Shown here piece by piece: positions 37,959 to 51,672 of a stretch of 64,000 bases of DNA. Below the pieces are notes generated by a model, which was not told the origin of the DNA, did not search any database, and worked only from the letters and a program-made list of their open reading frames with translations. Source of the stretch: Centroscyllium fabricii (taxonomy: Eukaryota); assembly GCA_051313645.2 (NCBI GenBank), contig JBNRSN020000003.1:219294001-219358000 (forward strand). Direction: 5' to 3'. How positions within the stretch are numbered: position 1 is the first letter of the stretch; each line of letters begins with the position of its first letter. Both the position numbers and the translations under genes were made by a program.

Positions 37959-38564
37959 ATTGAGTTAAACTCATGTCAGCCGGAATTGTGGTGTCAGTGC
38001 TATTATTGGCGTTAGTATCCATAAGTTTGTGAAGCAGAAAATCAGCTAGTGTTCCTTCTCCTAATCGTTATTCAGTGACCTACACTGGAGAGACTCAGTA
38101 CATAAAGACTGGGTGAGGTGGTGGATGCTGCTCAAACCCATGGAACTCTATGCTAAGGTGAGTCAACGCCTTCGCAGGAGGAGCGAGAAAATTATGTGGG
38201 AGGGAGAACAACTGAAACATTGTTGAAAAAAGTTACTTTTGTACACTCTACTCTATTTTGCATCATAATAAATTTATTAATACCAAAGTATTCTTCGTTG
38301 GCATGGACTTAAAATGGCAGAATGACCAAGTCTTAGTATATTGAACACAGTTGGATATAAATGTCAATGTGAATATCTTCTGAACATTCCTATGCTAGCA
38401 CGCCAATAGCTCTGACTACTGAGTTGGCATTTCACATTTTTTACTTGAAAATATTGCTGATTTCTCTAAATACCAATATTTAGGTTATTTTGTTAGAATA
38501 TTTCATTTACTCCTGTGAAAATAGCGTTATTCTGTTCTTGAAAGAAGTCCAAAGAAAACATTTA

Positions 38565-39457
38565 GGGGGAAAAATTCAGTTGGTTTGCGCTTCCCGTTAG
38601 CGCCTTAAGAGGGCGCTAATGCGGTTCAAAGCAACTAGCGCCCGGGCGCGGCGATGTTTGCGCCACTCGTGAAATTAACTAGACATTTTACGGCGGCGCT
38701 AAGCACTACCGCCACGATCTCCTGCGCTGGCAGATCGTGACATCAGTCGAGTGCGCAATGACCCGGTAGCGCCCCAGACCGGATTTTGAGTGGCACCCCC
38801 TGCCTTACCGCCTGCCGCTAGCAATGACAGTTTGAGGGGAACGTTTTGCAATCAGGAAGGGACTGGGGGAGCACTATTTAATGGTGACTGCTTCCTGCCT
38901 TTTTTTGTTGGTGACATTTTTGCACCACTCATTCTGAGAGAGAGAGAGAGAGACAGACTTCTGGAGAGATTCAAAGCTGTGTGAAGGAATTTTGGGTACT
39001 GAGCAGCACTTTGCAGGTTCATTTTGATTTGCCCTTGTATCAATTTAGAAGAGACTGTGGGGCTGTGCTCTGAGCTCTTTCCTTGGGTGTCTCCATCATT
39101 CTTTCCAGCAGATTTGATGTACAGGTCTCTCCAGGCCGAGATTCAAGGCTGCAATGAGCAGGATGTGGATGGAGAGTAAGATCAACCCTCCCCTTTAAGA
39201 ACTGGCTAGCGCAAGTGTGTCTGTGTTCCATTGCTGACTGACATCACATGAGCTTCGCCAGTGCTCTGAGGTAGCGCCTCCCTCCTCAGCCTTAGCACCT
39301 CAAGAGAGGTGTGTAACGCCTGATTTAGTGCTCCAATCACCTCCAGGGGTGATAAAAGCCAAGTTTGCAGTTGGAGGCGATAATTCGCAGCAGGCGCTAA
39401 ACTTTGCACCCAGCCGATAATTGTGCCCCAAACAGGCCGATACTGAATTCCTCCCCC
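38565..39457. mobile_element. MITE, Harbinger-like
   Basis: TIRs GGGGGAAAAATTCAGT / ACTGAATTCCTCCCCC with TSD TTA. Confidence 0.8.
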
Positions 39458-39991
39458 TTAATATGTTATGGCTATTCATGAAAGGAAGTAGAAAATTCCA
39501 ACCTTTCTCTAATGTCAGAGCCTGGTTAATCAATGGATCTATGATAAAAAGGCTCTGCTATACTAGAAACTTTCCTCCAGATGCATGTACAGAAACATAC
39601 AACTTTGCCGTAGGTCCTACATGTAATGGTTAGCAGGCAGCTTCAACAAACTGATTTACTGGGACTTACTGAAAACTTTAATTTTAAAATTTTTGTAACT
39701 TCAAAGTTTTTAAGTACATCATTGAGATAAGCTACGGACAGTAAGTTGAGCAAAATACTAAGATAGGTATTATGATTCCAAAGGTTTCAATAGCTTACAT
39801 TGTATTTACAGCACAGACACAACTTACTACTATAATAACCTGAAGAATCAAAGTTTGATATCTATAATGAGTCATCTTAATTAATTGGAAATGAGAAAAC
39901 AGTGTAAGTGGAGAACTGTGCAGGATCACCAAATTCATGCCCAGAAGGGAGCTTGACATATAGCTCAACAGCCTTCCTCGGATGCAAACTT

Positions 39992-40345
39992 AATAGAAAC
40001 ATAGAAACTAGGAGCAGGAGTAGGCCATTCGGCCCTTCGAGCCTGCTCCGCCATTCAATGAGATCATGGCTGATCATCCAAACCCAGTACCCTGCCCCTG
40101 CCTTGGCCCCATATCCCTCGATCCCTATCAAGCCTGCACCGACACATATCCCACCCTATCCCCGTAACCCCACATATTCAATCCCCCTAACACTAAGGAT
40201 CAATTTATCCTGGCCAATCAACCTAACCCACACATATTTGGACTGTGGGAGGAAACCGGAGCACCCGGAGGAAACCCACGCAGACACAGGGAGAATGTGC
40301 AAACTCCACACAGATAGGACCCGAGGCTGGATTTGAACTGGGGTC
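39992..40345 (-). mobile_element. CR1 3' end fused to a SINE body
   Basis: (ATAGAAAC)n tail and GGCCATTCGGCCC hairpin, followed by GACTGTGGGAGGAAACCGGAGCACCCGGAGGAAACCCACGCAGACACAGGGAGAATGTGCAAACTCCACACAGA (V-SINE-like core, reverse strand). Confidence 0.75.
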
Positions 40346-40859
40346 TCCAGTGAAACTGGAGGAGGCATGGTATGGTTGGAGAAATATAATAAAGGACGCC
40401 AATTCCGTTGTTTGTGACGAGATCTAATTTTGTGAACTATGAACAAGCTACATATTAATTTAGGAATATCTCTGAGCCTGGAACTGCTGTAATTATCATT
40501 GAGTGTTATCTTGGGCTAGAGATAAATAGGAAGAGTTATCGCATTTTGAGTGCAAGGTCAGTTAAGTTTCATCTGACAGGGATAAGAATATGCTAATAAC
40601 TGTACAAGCTGGTATGCTTATCTGCTTCCTGAGTGAATGAGTTTTCAAGAGGGTAATTACAAGGACTGAAGGTTGTGGCAAAACTGCTTGGGCTCGTCAG
40701 CAATATAATGCTGGCAGTTGGCATGTGCCAGTCTTGTGTGGTTATTTTGATTGTTTATTACTTAGTCATGACATTGTTTTCATTTGTGTACAGCAATTGC
40801 TCTGTGTGTTGGGGGGGGGGATTAACCCCTTGAATACCATAGTCTTTGGGGATAGGGAG

Positions 40860-41160
40860 TCCACTGACATCTATTACAAGCTCACTGACCCCCAGAACTA
40901 CCTGAAATATACTTCTTTCCACCTGCTTCATAAAAGGACTCAATTTCCTTCCCCCAGTTTCTCTGTCTTGGTGCATCTGTTCTCATGATGCCTACTTTAA
41001 CACCAAAGCTTCCAAAATGTCCTTTTTCTCAGCCAAGGATTCCCCTCCACCATGGTTGACAGGGCCCCTGACTGAGTCCCAATTTCCTATGCTCCTGCCT
41101 CAACCCTTCTCCTCCCTCTCAGAGCCATGTTAGGGCCCCCCTTGTCCTAACCTTGCATAC
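40860..41160 (+). mobile_element. Degraded Penelope-like internal fragment
   Basis: TDIYYKLTDPQNYLKYTSFH and the following sequence parallel TNIHYKPTDSHSYLDYTSS at ~33620 (-). Confidence 0.6.
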
Positions 41161-41439
41161 GTATAGGCTCCGCATTTGTCAGTCGTGGTAACCATGAAAC
41201 TATCGGATTGCCGTCCTTACCTGATCCGGCCGATATGTGACTCTGGGCCCACAACAATGTGGTTGACTTTTAACTGCTCTCTGAAATAGACTAGCAAGCC
41301 ACTCAGTTTTACAAAACCTCTACGACAAGCAATAATAAGATTAAACCAGATTGACCACCTGGCATCGAACTAGGCACCGGACCCGGACATGGCAAAGGCA
41401 CACCCAGACCAGTCGATCCTGCAATGTCCGCCTCATTAA

Positions 41440-44400
41440 CTCGTTAGCACCTTTACTGACTGAGCTACCAGATTGGGCCTGCAGCAGGTGGTGGGAGAAC
41501 CAGCCCGAGGGAAAAACCTACTTGACCTCATCCTCACCAATCTACCCGTCGCAGATGCATCTGTCCATGACAGTATTGGTAGCAATGAGCACCGCACAGT
41601 CCTTGTGGAGACGAAGTTCCATCTTCACACCAAGGACACCCTTCCTCGGGTTGTGTGGCACTACCACTGTGCTAAATGGGATAGCTTCAGGACAGATCTA
41701 GCAGCTTGACATATCGTCAATGAGGCAAAGACGAGTAGTTACTTTAATTAGAGGATTTTATTCACTTTACAATGGAGCTACTCTCCAGTCGAACATTGAG
41801 TACAGAATGAATGGGGGCAGGTCAGACCCCACCTATAAGGCACTCACCTGAGGGGAGGAGTTAGAGGTGTGGCTGACCTGACCTCGCGACAGTGTTGTTA
41901 TACAAAACTATATACAATGCACCCAGCCACTATACATGCTGGTCTGTATTGTGCTCAACTATTTACACTGGTAATCATGATTACCACATTCACCCCTTCT
42001 TTGAAAATTAAGTCCGGCGGGGTGAATGGACAGAACCTGTTAATGCAGGGAAGGAATTTTTTTTTTTTGCATATTATTGTATGAGTCCAGCTCAACAGTT
42101 CACAATAAGTCTCTCTGGTGGTCATGTCTGCCTTGAGGACCGCCGGGGTTCTGGTAGCGGCGCTGGTGCCGGTAGTGGCGGCGGGGCCGGATCCTCCGGC
42201 AGCTGTGTCTGTGGTGTGGCGTCTGGTCCTTGGTCCTCGGCTGGTAGTGTTGGGGGCCCCGGTGTGTGCGTGTGCATAGGCCAGGATCCGGTGGGTTGTG
42301 GTTGGTGTGTAGGCCAGTAGTCGGTAGGCGGTGGCGGGTCAGGCTGAGGCTCGACCAGGGGCTCTGCTGTGGTGCTCCCGGCGGGCGCTAGGTCCCTGAT
42401 GGAAACTGTGTCCTCGCGCCCGTCCGGGAACTGCACGTAGGCATACTGCGGGTTGGCGTGCAGCAGCTGCACCTTTTCCACCAGGGGGTCGGTCTTATGG
42501 CCGCGGACGTGTTTTCTAAGTAAGACCGGCCCCGGCATCGTGAGCCACGGTGGGAGTGCTGTCCCCGAAGTCGACTTCCTGGGGAATGAAAAGAGCAAGT
42601 CGTGAGGTGTGGCGTTGGTAGCCGTACACAGCAGAGAGCGGATGGAGTGGAGCGCGTCTGGGAGGACTGCCTGCCAACGGGACACTGGAAGGCCTCTGGA
42701 CTTCAGGGCCAGGCTGACCGCCTTCCAGATGATCCCGTTCTCCCTTTCTACCTGGCCGTTCTCCCGAGGGTTGTAACTGGTCGTTCTGCTTGAGGCAACC
42801 CCTTTCTGAAGCAGAAACTGACGCTGTTCGTCGCTCATGAACGACGACCCCCGGTCGCTATGGATGTAGCTGGGGAGACCGAAAATGGCGAACAACGTGG
42901 TGAAGTGTTTGATCACCGTTGCACTCGTCATATCTGGGCAGGGGAAGGCAAAGGGGAAGCGGGAGAACTCGTCTACGACCGTGAGGAAGTACGAGTTGCG
43001 GTCGGTGGAGGGGAGGGGGCCTTTGAAGTCCACGCTTAGACGTTCCAAGGGGCGGGTGGCCTTAATGAGGTGTGCCATGTCTGGCCTGTCAAATTGGGGT
43101 TTCCACTCGGCGCAAACAGGGCACTCTCGGGTCATAGCCTTGATCTCCGTGATGGAGTAGGGGAGGCTACGAGATTTAACGAAATGGGCAAGTCTGGTGA
43201 TACCCGGGTGGCAGAGGCGATTGTGGAGTTCCTTCAGCCGGTCTAGCTGGGCACTGGCGCACGTTCCCCTGGACAGTGCGTCCGGGGGTTCATTGAGTTT
43301 GCCTGGTCGGTAAAGAATGTCATACTCGTAAGTCGAGAGCTCGATCCGCTACCGCAGGTTCTTATCATTCCTGATTTTACCCTTTTGTTTATTGTTAAAC
43401 ATAAACGCGACCGACCGTTGGTCGGTGAGCAGGGTAAAACACTTACCGGCCAGGTAATGACGCCAGTAGCGCACGGCCTCCACGATGGCCTGGGCCTCCT
43501 TTTCCACTGCAGAGTGGCGAGTTTCGGGTCCCTGTAGGGTGCGGGAGAAAAACGCTACGGGCCTGCCTGCCTGATTCAGGGTGGCGGCAAGGGCAAAGTC
43601 CGAAGCGTCACTCTCCACCTGGAAAGGGATGGACTCATCAACGGCGTGCATGGTCGCCTTGATAATATCTTCCTTGATCCCGGTGAACGCCGTTTGGGCT
43701 TCTACCAAGAGGGGAAAGACGGCAGCCTTGAGGAGCGGTCTGGCCTTATCCGCGAACTGGGGAACCCATTGCGCGTAATAGGAGAAAAATCCCAGACATC
43801 TCTTCAGGGCTTTGGGGTTGTGAGGTAAGGGCAGTTCCTGTAAGGGGCGCATACGCTGTGGGTCGGGGCCAAGGATCCCGTTTTCCACTACGTATCCGAG
43901 GATGGCGAGCCGATCTGTACTAAAGACGCACTTGTCTTTATTGTACGTGAGATCGAGCCGTTTCGCCGTGTGGACGAATTTGGCCAGGTTGGCATTGTGG
44001 TCCTGCTGGTCATGACCACAGATGGTCACGTTGTCCAGGTAGGGGAAAGTGGCCTGCAACCCGTTCTGGTCAACCACGCCGTCCATCTCCCTCTGGAATA
44101 CCGACACTCCGTTGGTCACGCCGAAGGGGACCCGGAAGAAGTGGTAGAGCCGACCGTTCGCCTCGAAGGCGGTGTATGGGCGGTCGGCTTTCCGGATCGG
44201 GAGTTGGTGATACGCCGACTTAAGGTCGATTGTGGAGAACACCTTATACTGGGCGATCTGGTTAACCATTTCCGAGATGCGGGGGAGGGGATAGGCGTCG
44301 AGCCCGGTGTAGCGGTTAATGGTCTGGCTGTAGTCGATCACCATCCGCAGTTTCTCGCCAGTCTTAACCACTACGACCTGGGCCCGCCAGGGGCTGGTGC

Positions 44401-46342
44401 TGGCTTCAATTATCCCCTCCTGCAGCAAACGCCTGACCTCCGACGTGATAAATGCCCGATCCCCTGCACTGTAACGCCGACTCTTGGTAGCAATGGGTTT
44501 GCAGTTGGGGTCGAGGTCGGCGAACAGCGAGGGGGGGTCGACTTTCAGGGTGGATAGGCCGCAAGTCGGGCTCCGCTTTAGGAAGGGATTGTCCCGGCTA
44601 CTGACGGCGAGGGGGGGCAGGGTCCCGCCGAACTCCATTGTGACGCTCTTCAGGTGGCACTGGAAATCCAGTCCCAGTAAGACTGGGGCGCACAACTGCT
44701 GGAGTATGTACAGTTTAAAATTATGGTACACGCAGTCCCTGACTGTGAGCGTGACGGAGCAGTAGCCGGTGACGTCCGCCTTGTGGGACTTTTAAGCGAG
44801 GGAGATTTGGTAGTGCGTGGGCAGGGTCTGCAGTCCGTAGCACCGCACTGTGTCAGGGTGAATGAAGCTCTCTGTGCTTCCGGTGTCGAACAGGCAGTTG
44901 GTGATATGGCTGTTAACTTTAATCCCCATCATGGAATTTGATAGGGTGTGCGGCCTAGCCTGGTCGACTGTGGCTGAGGCCGAAGTGTGTGTGCGTGTGT
45001 GGGGGCCCTCCGCTAGGTGGGGCCATGCACAAGGTGGCGGCGCCCGTGATTCGCATGCGGCGGGCCGTTGTGGACGTGGTGGCGGTGCCCGTGGTTCGCA
45101 CGCGGTGGGCCGCGGTGGCTGAGTTGGCGGCGCCCGTGATTCGCACGCAGCGGGCCGCGCTGGGCGAGATGCCGGCTTTGGGGGGTCGCCCATGGCCGGC
45201 CGCGGCCGTCTTTGGCGTGGTGGTGCCCGTGCCGTGTGCGTGGCCGGCCTCTGCCGTATCAGGGTGGGAGACGGGGATGCTTGTAATCTACCCCCGGACC
45301 GCTGCTGGGTCGCGCTGCAACAGCAGCTTACCGGAGACCATGGGATGGCTTTGGAGCACTCGCAGGCCGCGCTGTTGTGTCTGGAGCTGGGCGCTGGGGC
45401 CGATTTGCAGGCCCTGGCGTAATGTCCCTTTTTACTGCATTTCTCGCAGGTCGCGGTCCTCGCGGGGCATTTCGCTCGCGGATGTAGTCCCTGGCCGCAG
45501 AAGTAGCATTTTTTATCCGCCGGCATCTTCGCAACTGCCGCTGCCGTTGTGGGGGTCTCAACCTGTCGTAGCATGCCTTCAGTTTCTCCATGGCCTCTTT
45601 GTACGTTGTTGCGTCGCGGATGAAGGAGTACACCCGGCTGGAGATCCTGGACGAGAGAACGTGGAGTTTGTTCCCGTCGGTCATCGCCTTGGTGGCCTCC
45701 ATGTAGGCCTCGACAAGGCTGAATCAATGTTCAAACGTATTGGCGGCGTCTGGATCCTGTGGACTGATATCCAGCTTTTTGGGTTTCACAGCGCCGCTCT
45801 CCATTTCGAAAATTTAAAGTGAATAAAATTGACGTATCGTCAATGAGACAAAGACGAGTAGTTACCTTAACTAGAGGCTTTTATTCACTTTACAATGGAG
45901 CTACTCTCCAGTCGAACATTGAGTACAGAATGAATGGGGGAGGTCAGACCCCACCTATAAGGCACTCACCTGAGGGGAGGAGTTAGAGGTGTGGCTGACC
46001 TGACCTCGCGACAGTGTCGTTATACAAAACTATATACAATGCACCCAGCCACTATACATGCTGGTCTGTAGTGTGCTCAACTATTTACACTGGTAATCAT
46101 GATTACCACACAGCTCACAACTGGGCATCCATGAGGCGCTGTGGGCCATCAGCAGCAGCAGAATTATATTCCACCACAATCTGCAACCTCATGGCCCGGC
46201 ATATCCCTCACTCTACCATTAACATCAAGCCAGGGGACAAACACTGGTTCAATGAGAAGTGTAGAAGCGCATGCCAGGAGCAGCACCAGGCGTATCTAAA
46301 AATGAGGTGCCAACCTGGGAAAGCAGCAACACAGGACTACTA
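41440..46342 (+). mobile_element. LINE ORF2 fragment (AP-endonuclease end), split by Gypsy copy D
   Basis: GLQQVVGEPARGKNLLDLILTN..SNEH..WDSFRTDLAA|HNWASMRR continues in frame across the insertion. Confidence 0.8.
41707..46110 (-). mobile_element. Gypsy copy D, LTRs 41707-41988 and 45830-46110, internal gag deletion
   Basis: Perfect 5-bp TSD CAGCT, PPT, gag ATG at 45804, PR LFDTGSTE, RT YLDN, IN ORF 42122-43135. Confidence 0.96.
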
Positions 46343-47069
46343 CAGTGTGACCATACTTCCCCTTTCCCCGGGGACAGTTCCCGGATGAAGTATTTTGTTC
46401 CCGGGCAAGCCGTGTCCCCGGGAGAGTCCCCGGTTCACAAAATCCGTCCCTGAAGTGTTACCCCAGGCCAGTGAGTGTACCCCCGAGCTCTTAGTTTGCA
46501 GCTCCAAGGCTAAATGAAAGAACAATTTGTACAATGGCCAGAGTGACTCACCGGGCAGTCCATCTGTACATGAATGTAAGAGTCATGAAAGTGTAAAGAA
46601 AAAAGAAAATACCATAAAATATTAGTTAAATGTTATGGTACAGTATGTATGTACATTTGTTTATTATTGATGCATATTCTAATATAATATGGTTAATTTA
46701 CCTGACTGACTTATTGTATTGAGAAACCCCTCTTATCTTGTTCTAATAATATAGTCTGAGAGACCCCCTTTATTCTTCCTCCAATGGTATAGTCCTCAAG
46801 CTTGTCACATGATCTATCCAGCCATTTTTACAGTTCAAGCACCACGAGGCTGGGAAAGGTAGAAGCTTTGATGGCCGTGGAGCAGTACAGTTTTTGACTG
46901 TGTTTAAACGTATTTTACTTTGAAATCCTGTTTGAAATGTATTCCAGTAAACAGTTAAAAGACAAAGTTACATTTTGGAACGTTTTATTTCGACACGCGT
47001 CTACTCGTTGCTAAAAGCCTCAAAGCCAGTTTAGTGGCTGCATATTGAAAATTATGGAAGCGCCACTAG

Positions 47070-50000
47070 TTAAAAACTAGCTCCCTATGAAGGAAAGGAT
47101 GGAATTGTTGGCGTACGTATATACAGGAATGGTCAGGGAGCCAGACGACAATATAAGCAAGCGAAGGTACAGCGACTGTTACTTGCCTTGTTCATTCTAC
47201 TCGGAAGCTAGATAAGAACAGCGAGTAAAATAGCCGCCGCCTCATGGAACCATGAGAGACTCCCTCCGGCTGAACAAAGGATCATTGGCCAAAAGAGGGA
47301 AGTAAAGCTCACCCAAAAGGCAATGGAAGAGAAGTTACATAGAAGCATAAGTGCAAGGAGGGCTAAATTAGCTCAGATAACTGGAAAAACGAAGGTAATT
47401 GATTGTCTCATGGAAGATAATGCCAATACAGGTTGTGCACTGTTAATCCGTTACCCGATAAGCCGGCAACTTGAGTCTTCTGGAACGAATTGCCCAACTG
47501 CCCTGCGCATGCGAAAATGGCCGCCGTGATTGATGCTTCAGTGAATGATTTGCACATGCGCCGCCGAATGGCGAGCGCATGCGCAGATCATTCATGATGC
47601 CGCTGCAAAGTTTTTAATGATCTGCGCATGCGCTGCTGAACGATCCCAGACCGGGCCTTCCCGAGCCTCACCTTACCGACCTGAGCCGAGCCAGGCCTCG
47701 CCTTACTGAGCCTTCCCGAGCTGGGCCGGGGCTTCCCAAGCCGGGCCTCGCCTCGCCTTACCGAGCCTTCCCGAGCCTGGCCTCGCCTTACTGAGCCTTC
47801 CTGAGCCGGGCCGGGGCTTCCCAAGCCGGGCCTCGCCTCGCCTTACCGAGCCGGGCCTCGCCTTACTGAGCCTTCCTGAGCCGGGCCGGGGCTTCCCGAG
47901 CCGGGCTTCGCCTCACCTTACCGAGCTGGGCCAAGCCGAGCCTTCCCGAGCCGGGCCCAGTCTTACCGAGCCTCCCCGGCCTTACCGAACGATAAGCGCA
48001 TGCGCAGACCACTCAAAATGGCCGCCGGCCTTTCGCGGTGGCCATTTTGAATGGTCTGCGCATGCACTCACTGAAGCTTCAATCGTTCGGAATTTTCACT
48101 TTCCCGGCACAGGCCTGGTCCCGCCCGTGCCCGATTAACGGTGCTCAACCTGTATTGAGAAAGTTGTAGACCTAATGCATTATGATTTCTCCAAGTTGTA
48201 TGAAGAATTTACTGTACTCAATGAAGATGTATTAGCACTTTTGTCTGAAGATGAGGGAAATGCTGATCAGCACAACTAGTTTGATCTTAAATGATCTAAC
48301 ATTAAGGATTATGTCAAGGCCACAGAACAGTGGATGTTGAAGATTCGTCAAGATGCTGATACAGCAGAGAATGATAAAGATGACGAAGAAGTCGGACCAG
48401 ATGATAGCATTTCAGAGATTTCAGCCAGACTGAGCAAAAATCGAAAGGAAGGTAGTTCTGTTCCTGCCACATGCTCGTCGCAGTGCATTAGAGCAGAGGC
48501 TGAACGGGCAGCGTTAATGGCGTGCACAGCATCTTTAGTGGAAAAGCAAGCTCTTGAATGGCAACAGGCCCAACTGGAACGGCAACAGGCCCAACTGAAG
48601 GCTAAGAAAGAACAGCTGGAGATAAAAACAGCTATTGCGGCCTCAAATGCCAAGTTGAGAGTGTTTGAAGATTATGAAGGCTCACAGGACGGCATGAACG
48701 ACCACTGTCAGTCAATGGTGTCACACAGAGTTGGGCCCAGGGCACCTTCAAGAGTTAAAAGAGAGTCTAAAGACCATCTCCTGGCATTACAGCGTGGAAG
48801 AGAGTCCTCTCCACTAACAGGAGCACGTGCTGCTGCCCCAGATGTCAGACGGTCTAGACAAGACCCTGCTGGTGACCACCAGAGGCCTGAAGACACAGAG
48901 AAGCCTATACCGAGTGATGCAGCGTCAGAATGAAATTACAGAGATGCTTGTAAAACAACAGAATCTGTTTTGACTTCCTCAAAGGGACATACCAGTGTTC
49001 CAAGGCGACCCACTCAAGTATCAGATCCTTTGAACAAGCCATTGACTCCAAAACAGAGAGCAACAGTGAGAAGTTGTGCTACCTGGAACAGTACACCAGT
49101 GGTAAACCACAAGACCTGGTCAGAAGCTGTGAAAACATGAGACCGGACCGGGGATACATAGAAGCCAGGAAGTTGCTTCAGGAGCACTATGGTAACGAGC
49201 TGAAGATAACCACTGTATATATTGAAAAGGCTATTAAGTGGCCACAGATTAGATCGGAGGATGGGGAGGCATGGAACATGTATGTTCTTTTCCTCATAGG
49301 ATGTCGCAACACCATGGAGGATGCTGAATTCATGGAAGAGATGGACAATCCTACGACTATGAGAATCATCATCTCTAAGCTTCCTTACAGGATGAGAGAA
49401 CAATGGAGAAAAATAGCCTTTGAGATAATGGAGAGATGGAAATGCAGAGCCAGGTTTGCAGACTTAGTGAATTTCATTGACAAACAGGCTAAAGTTGCTA
49501 TGGATCCATTGTTCGGAAACATCCAGGATGTCAACCCAACTACTGATGGAAGAGTGAAAGCCAAGCCTGCTGAATCAAAGACTCTCAAGAAAGGTGGTTC
49601 CAAGGGAAGCAGCTTTGCAACTATCATCACTCAAGCTGGAGAAGAAAAGTCCCAGAACTCATCTCTCAAAAAGAGCAGCACAGTGACGCCTGCTAATGAC
49701 TTTCAGAAGCCATGTTTATTCTGCCAGAAGAATCACACATTGGATTTCTGCAGTGACATCAAAGCACAGCCACATAAAGACAGAATTGAATTTCTGAAGT
49801 ACAATGGCCTATGTTTTGGATGTCTTTCTCAGGGGCACCTGAGTAGAAACTGTAAGCAAAATACAACATGCAGAGAGTGCACTCGGAAACATCCCAGTCT
49901 TCTGCATATCCACAGAGAAGAACAAGTCTCTAAGAAGAATGAAGAAAACAACAAAGACGAGAAGGTTGTTTCAAGTGCTCTGGTGTTGCGAGAACAAGAG

Positions 50001-50363
50001 ACTTGTAGATTCACTGGGGCCGGTGACAGTGATTGTCTTCTCGCCATCGTACCTGTAAAGATCAAGTCTAAGAGGAGTGAGAAGTTTGTGGAGACTTACG
50101 CCTTCATGGATCCAGGTAGTTCAGCAACGTTCTGCACAGAAACATTCATGCGACAGCTGAACGTTAGAGGCAGAAGAATAGAAACCCTATTACGCACCAT
50201 GGGTCATGAGAAGTCAGTGCAAAGTTACATCCTGTCAGACTTAGAAGTGTGTGGACTTGAAGAGAAGGACTTCATAGACCTGCCTAATGTTTTCACACAG
50301 AGGGAGATTCCTGTTAAAGTAGGGAACTTAGCCCTGCAGAAGGATGTGGAGAGATGGCCTTAA
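47070..50363 (+). mobile_element. BEL/Pao LTR retrotransposon fragment (gag + protease), truncated; 5' boundary approximate
   Basis: YLEQYTSGKPQDLVRSC, three knuckles CLFCQKNH..C / CFGCLSQGH..C / CRECTRKHPSLLH, and protease AFMDPGSSATFCT. Confidence 0.9.
47429..48152. mobile_element. Tc1/mariner-type MITE (family of 2627-3243, opposite orientation) inserted in BEL gag
   Basis: TA TSD and TIRs CAGGTTGTGCACTGTTAATCCG / CGATTAACGGTGCTCAACCTG. Removal restores MEDNANIEKVVDLMHYDF. Confidence 0.9.
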
Positions 50364-50412
50364 TAACTAGAGCAGACTAAGGCCAAACCTATCACCACAG
50401 GAGCAGCAGCAG

Positions 50413-51672
50413 ACATAGAAACATGGAAGATAGGAGCAGGAGCAGGCGATTCGGCCCCTCGAGCCTGCTCTACCATTCAACGAGATCATGGTTGATCATC
50501 CAAATTCAGTACCCTGCCCCTGCCTTTTCTCCATATGCCTTGATCCCTTTAGCTTTAAGAAATATATCCAATTCCTTCTTGAATATATTTAATGAGTTTG
50601 CCTCTACTGCCTTCTGTGGTAGAGAATTCCACAGGTTCACCACTTTCTGGGTGAAGAAATTCCTCCTCATCTCAGTCCTAAATGGCTTACCCCTTATCCT
50701 TAGACTGTGACCCCTGGTTCTGGACTCCCCCGCCATCAGGAACATCCTTCTTGCATCTCGTCTGTCTAGTCCTGTTAGAATTTTATAAGTTTCAATGAGA
50801 TCCCTCTCATTCTTCTAAACTCCAGCGAGTATAATCCCAATCGACCCAATATCTCCTCATGTGTCATTCCTGCCATCCCAGGTATTAGCCTGGTGAACTT
50901 TCGCTGCACTCCCTCCATGGCAAGAACATCCTTCCTTCAATAAGGTGACCAAAACTGCACACAATACTCAAGCTGTGGTCTCACCAAGGCCCTGTACAAT
51001 TGCAGCAAGACATCCTTGTTCCTGTACTCGAATCCTCTCGCTATGAAGGCCAACATACCATTTGCCTTCTTAACTGCCTGCTGCACCTGCATGCTTACCT
51101 TCAGCGACTGGTGCACAAGGACACCCAGGTCTCGTTGCACTTCCCCTTCTCCCAATCTATTGCCATTCAGATAATAATTTGCCTTCCTGTTTTTGCCACC
51201 AAAGTGGATAACCTTGCATTTATCTACATTATATTGCATCTGCCATGCTTCTGCCCAATCACCCAACCTGTCCAAATCATACTAGAGTTTCTCGGCATCC
51301 TCCTCATAGCACACACGCCCACCCAGCTTTGTGTTGTCTGCAAACTTGGAGATATTACATCTAGTTCCCTTGTCTAGATCATTAATATGTATTGTGAATA
51401 GCTGGGGTCCTTGGACCGATCTCTGGAGTACCCCACTAGTCACTGCCTGCCACTCGGAAAAAGACCCGTCTATTCCAGCTCTTTGCTTTCTATCTGCCAA
51501 CCAGTTCTCTATCCAAGTCAATACCTTGCCCCCAATCCCATGTGCCTTAACATTACACGCTAATCTTTTATGCGGGACCTTATCGAAAACCTTCTGAAAA
51601 TCCAAATATACCACATCCACTGGTTCGCCCTTATCTATTTTACCAGTTACATCCTCAAAAAATTCCAGTAGA
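50413..51672 (-). mobile_element. CR1 LINE, 5'-truncated
   Basis: VVYLDFQKVFDKVPH, SKFADNTKLGG, LEYCVQFWSP, QKVVNLWNSLP, and a CATAGAAA tail. Confidence 0.92.

Noticed and set aside
46343-46460. hAT-like left terminus CAGTGTGACCATAC with short internal inverted repeats
   Set aside because: No matching right TIR or 8-bp TSD found, so the element cannot be delimited.
46800-47070. LTR and PBS of the BEL/Pao element
   Set aside because: There is no second LTR to compare and no unambiguous termini, so boundaries are not called.
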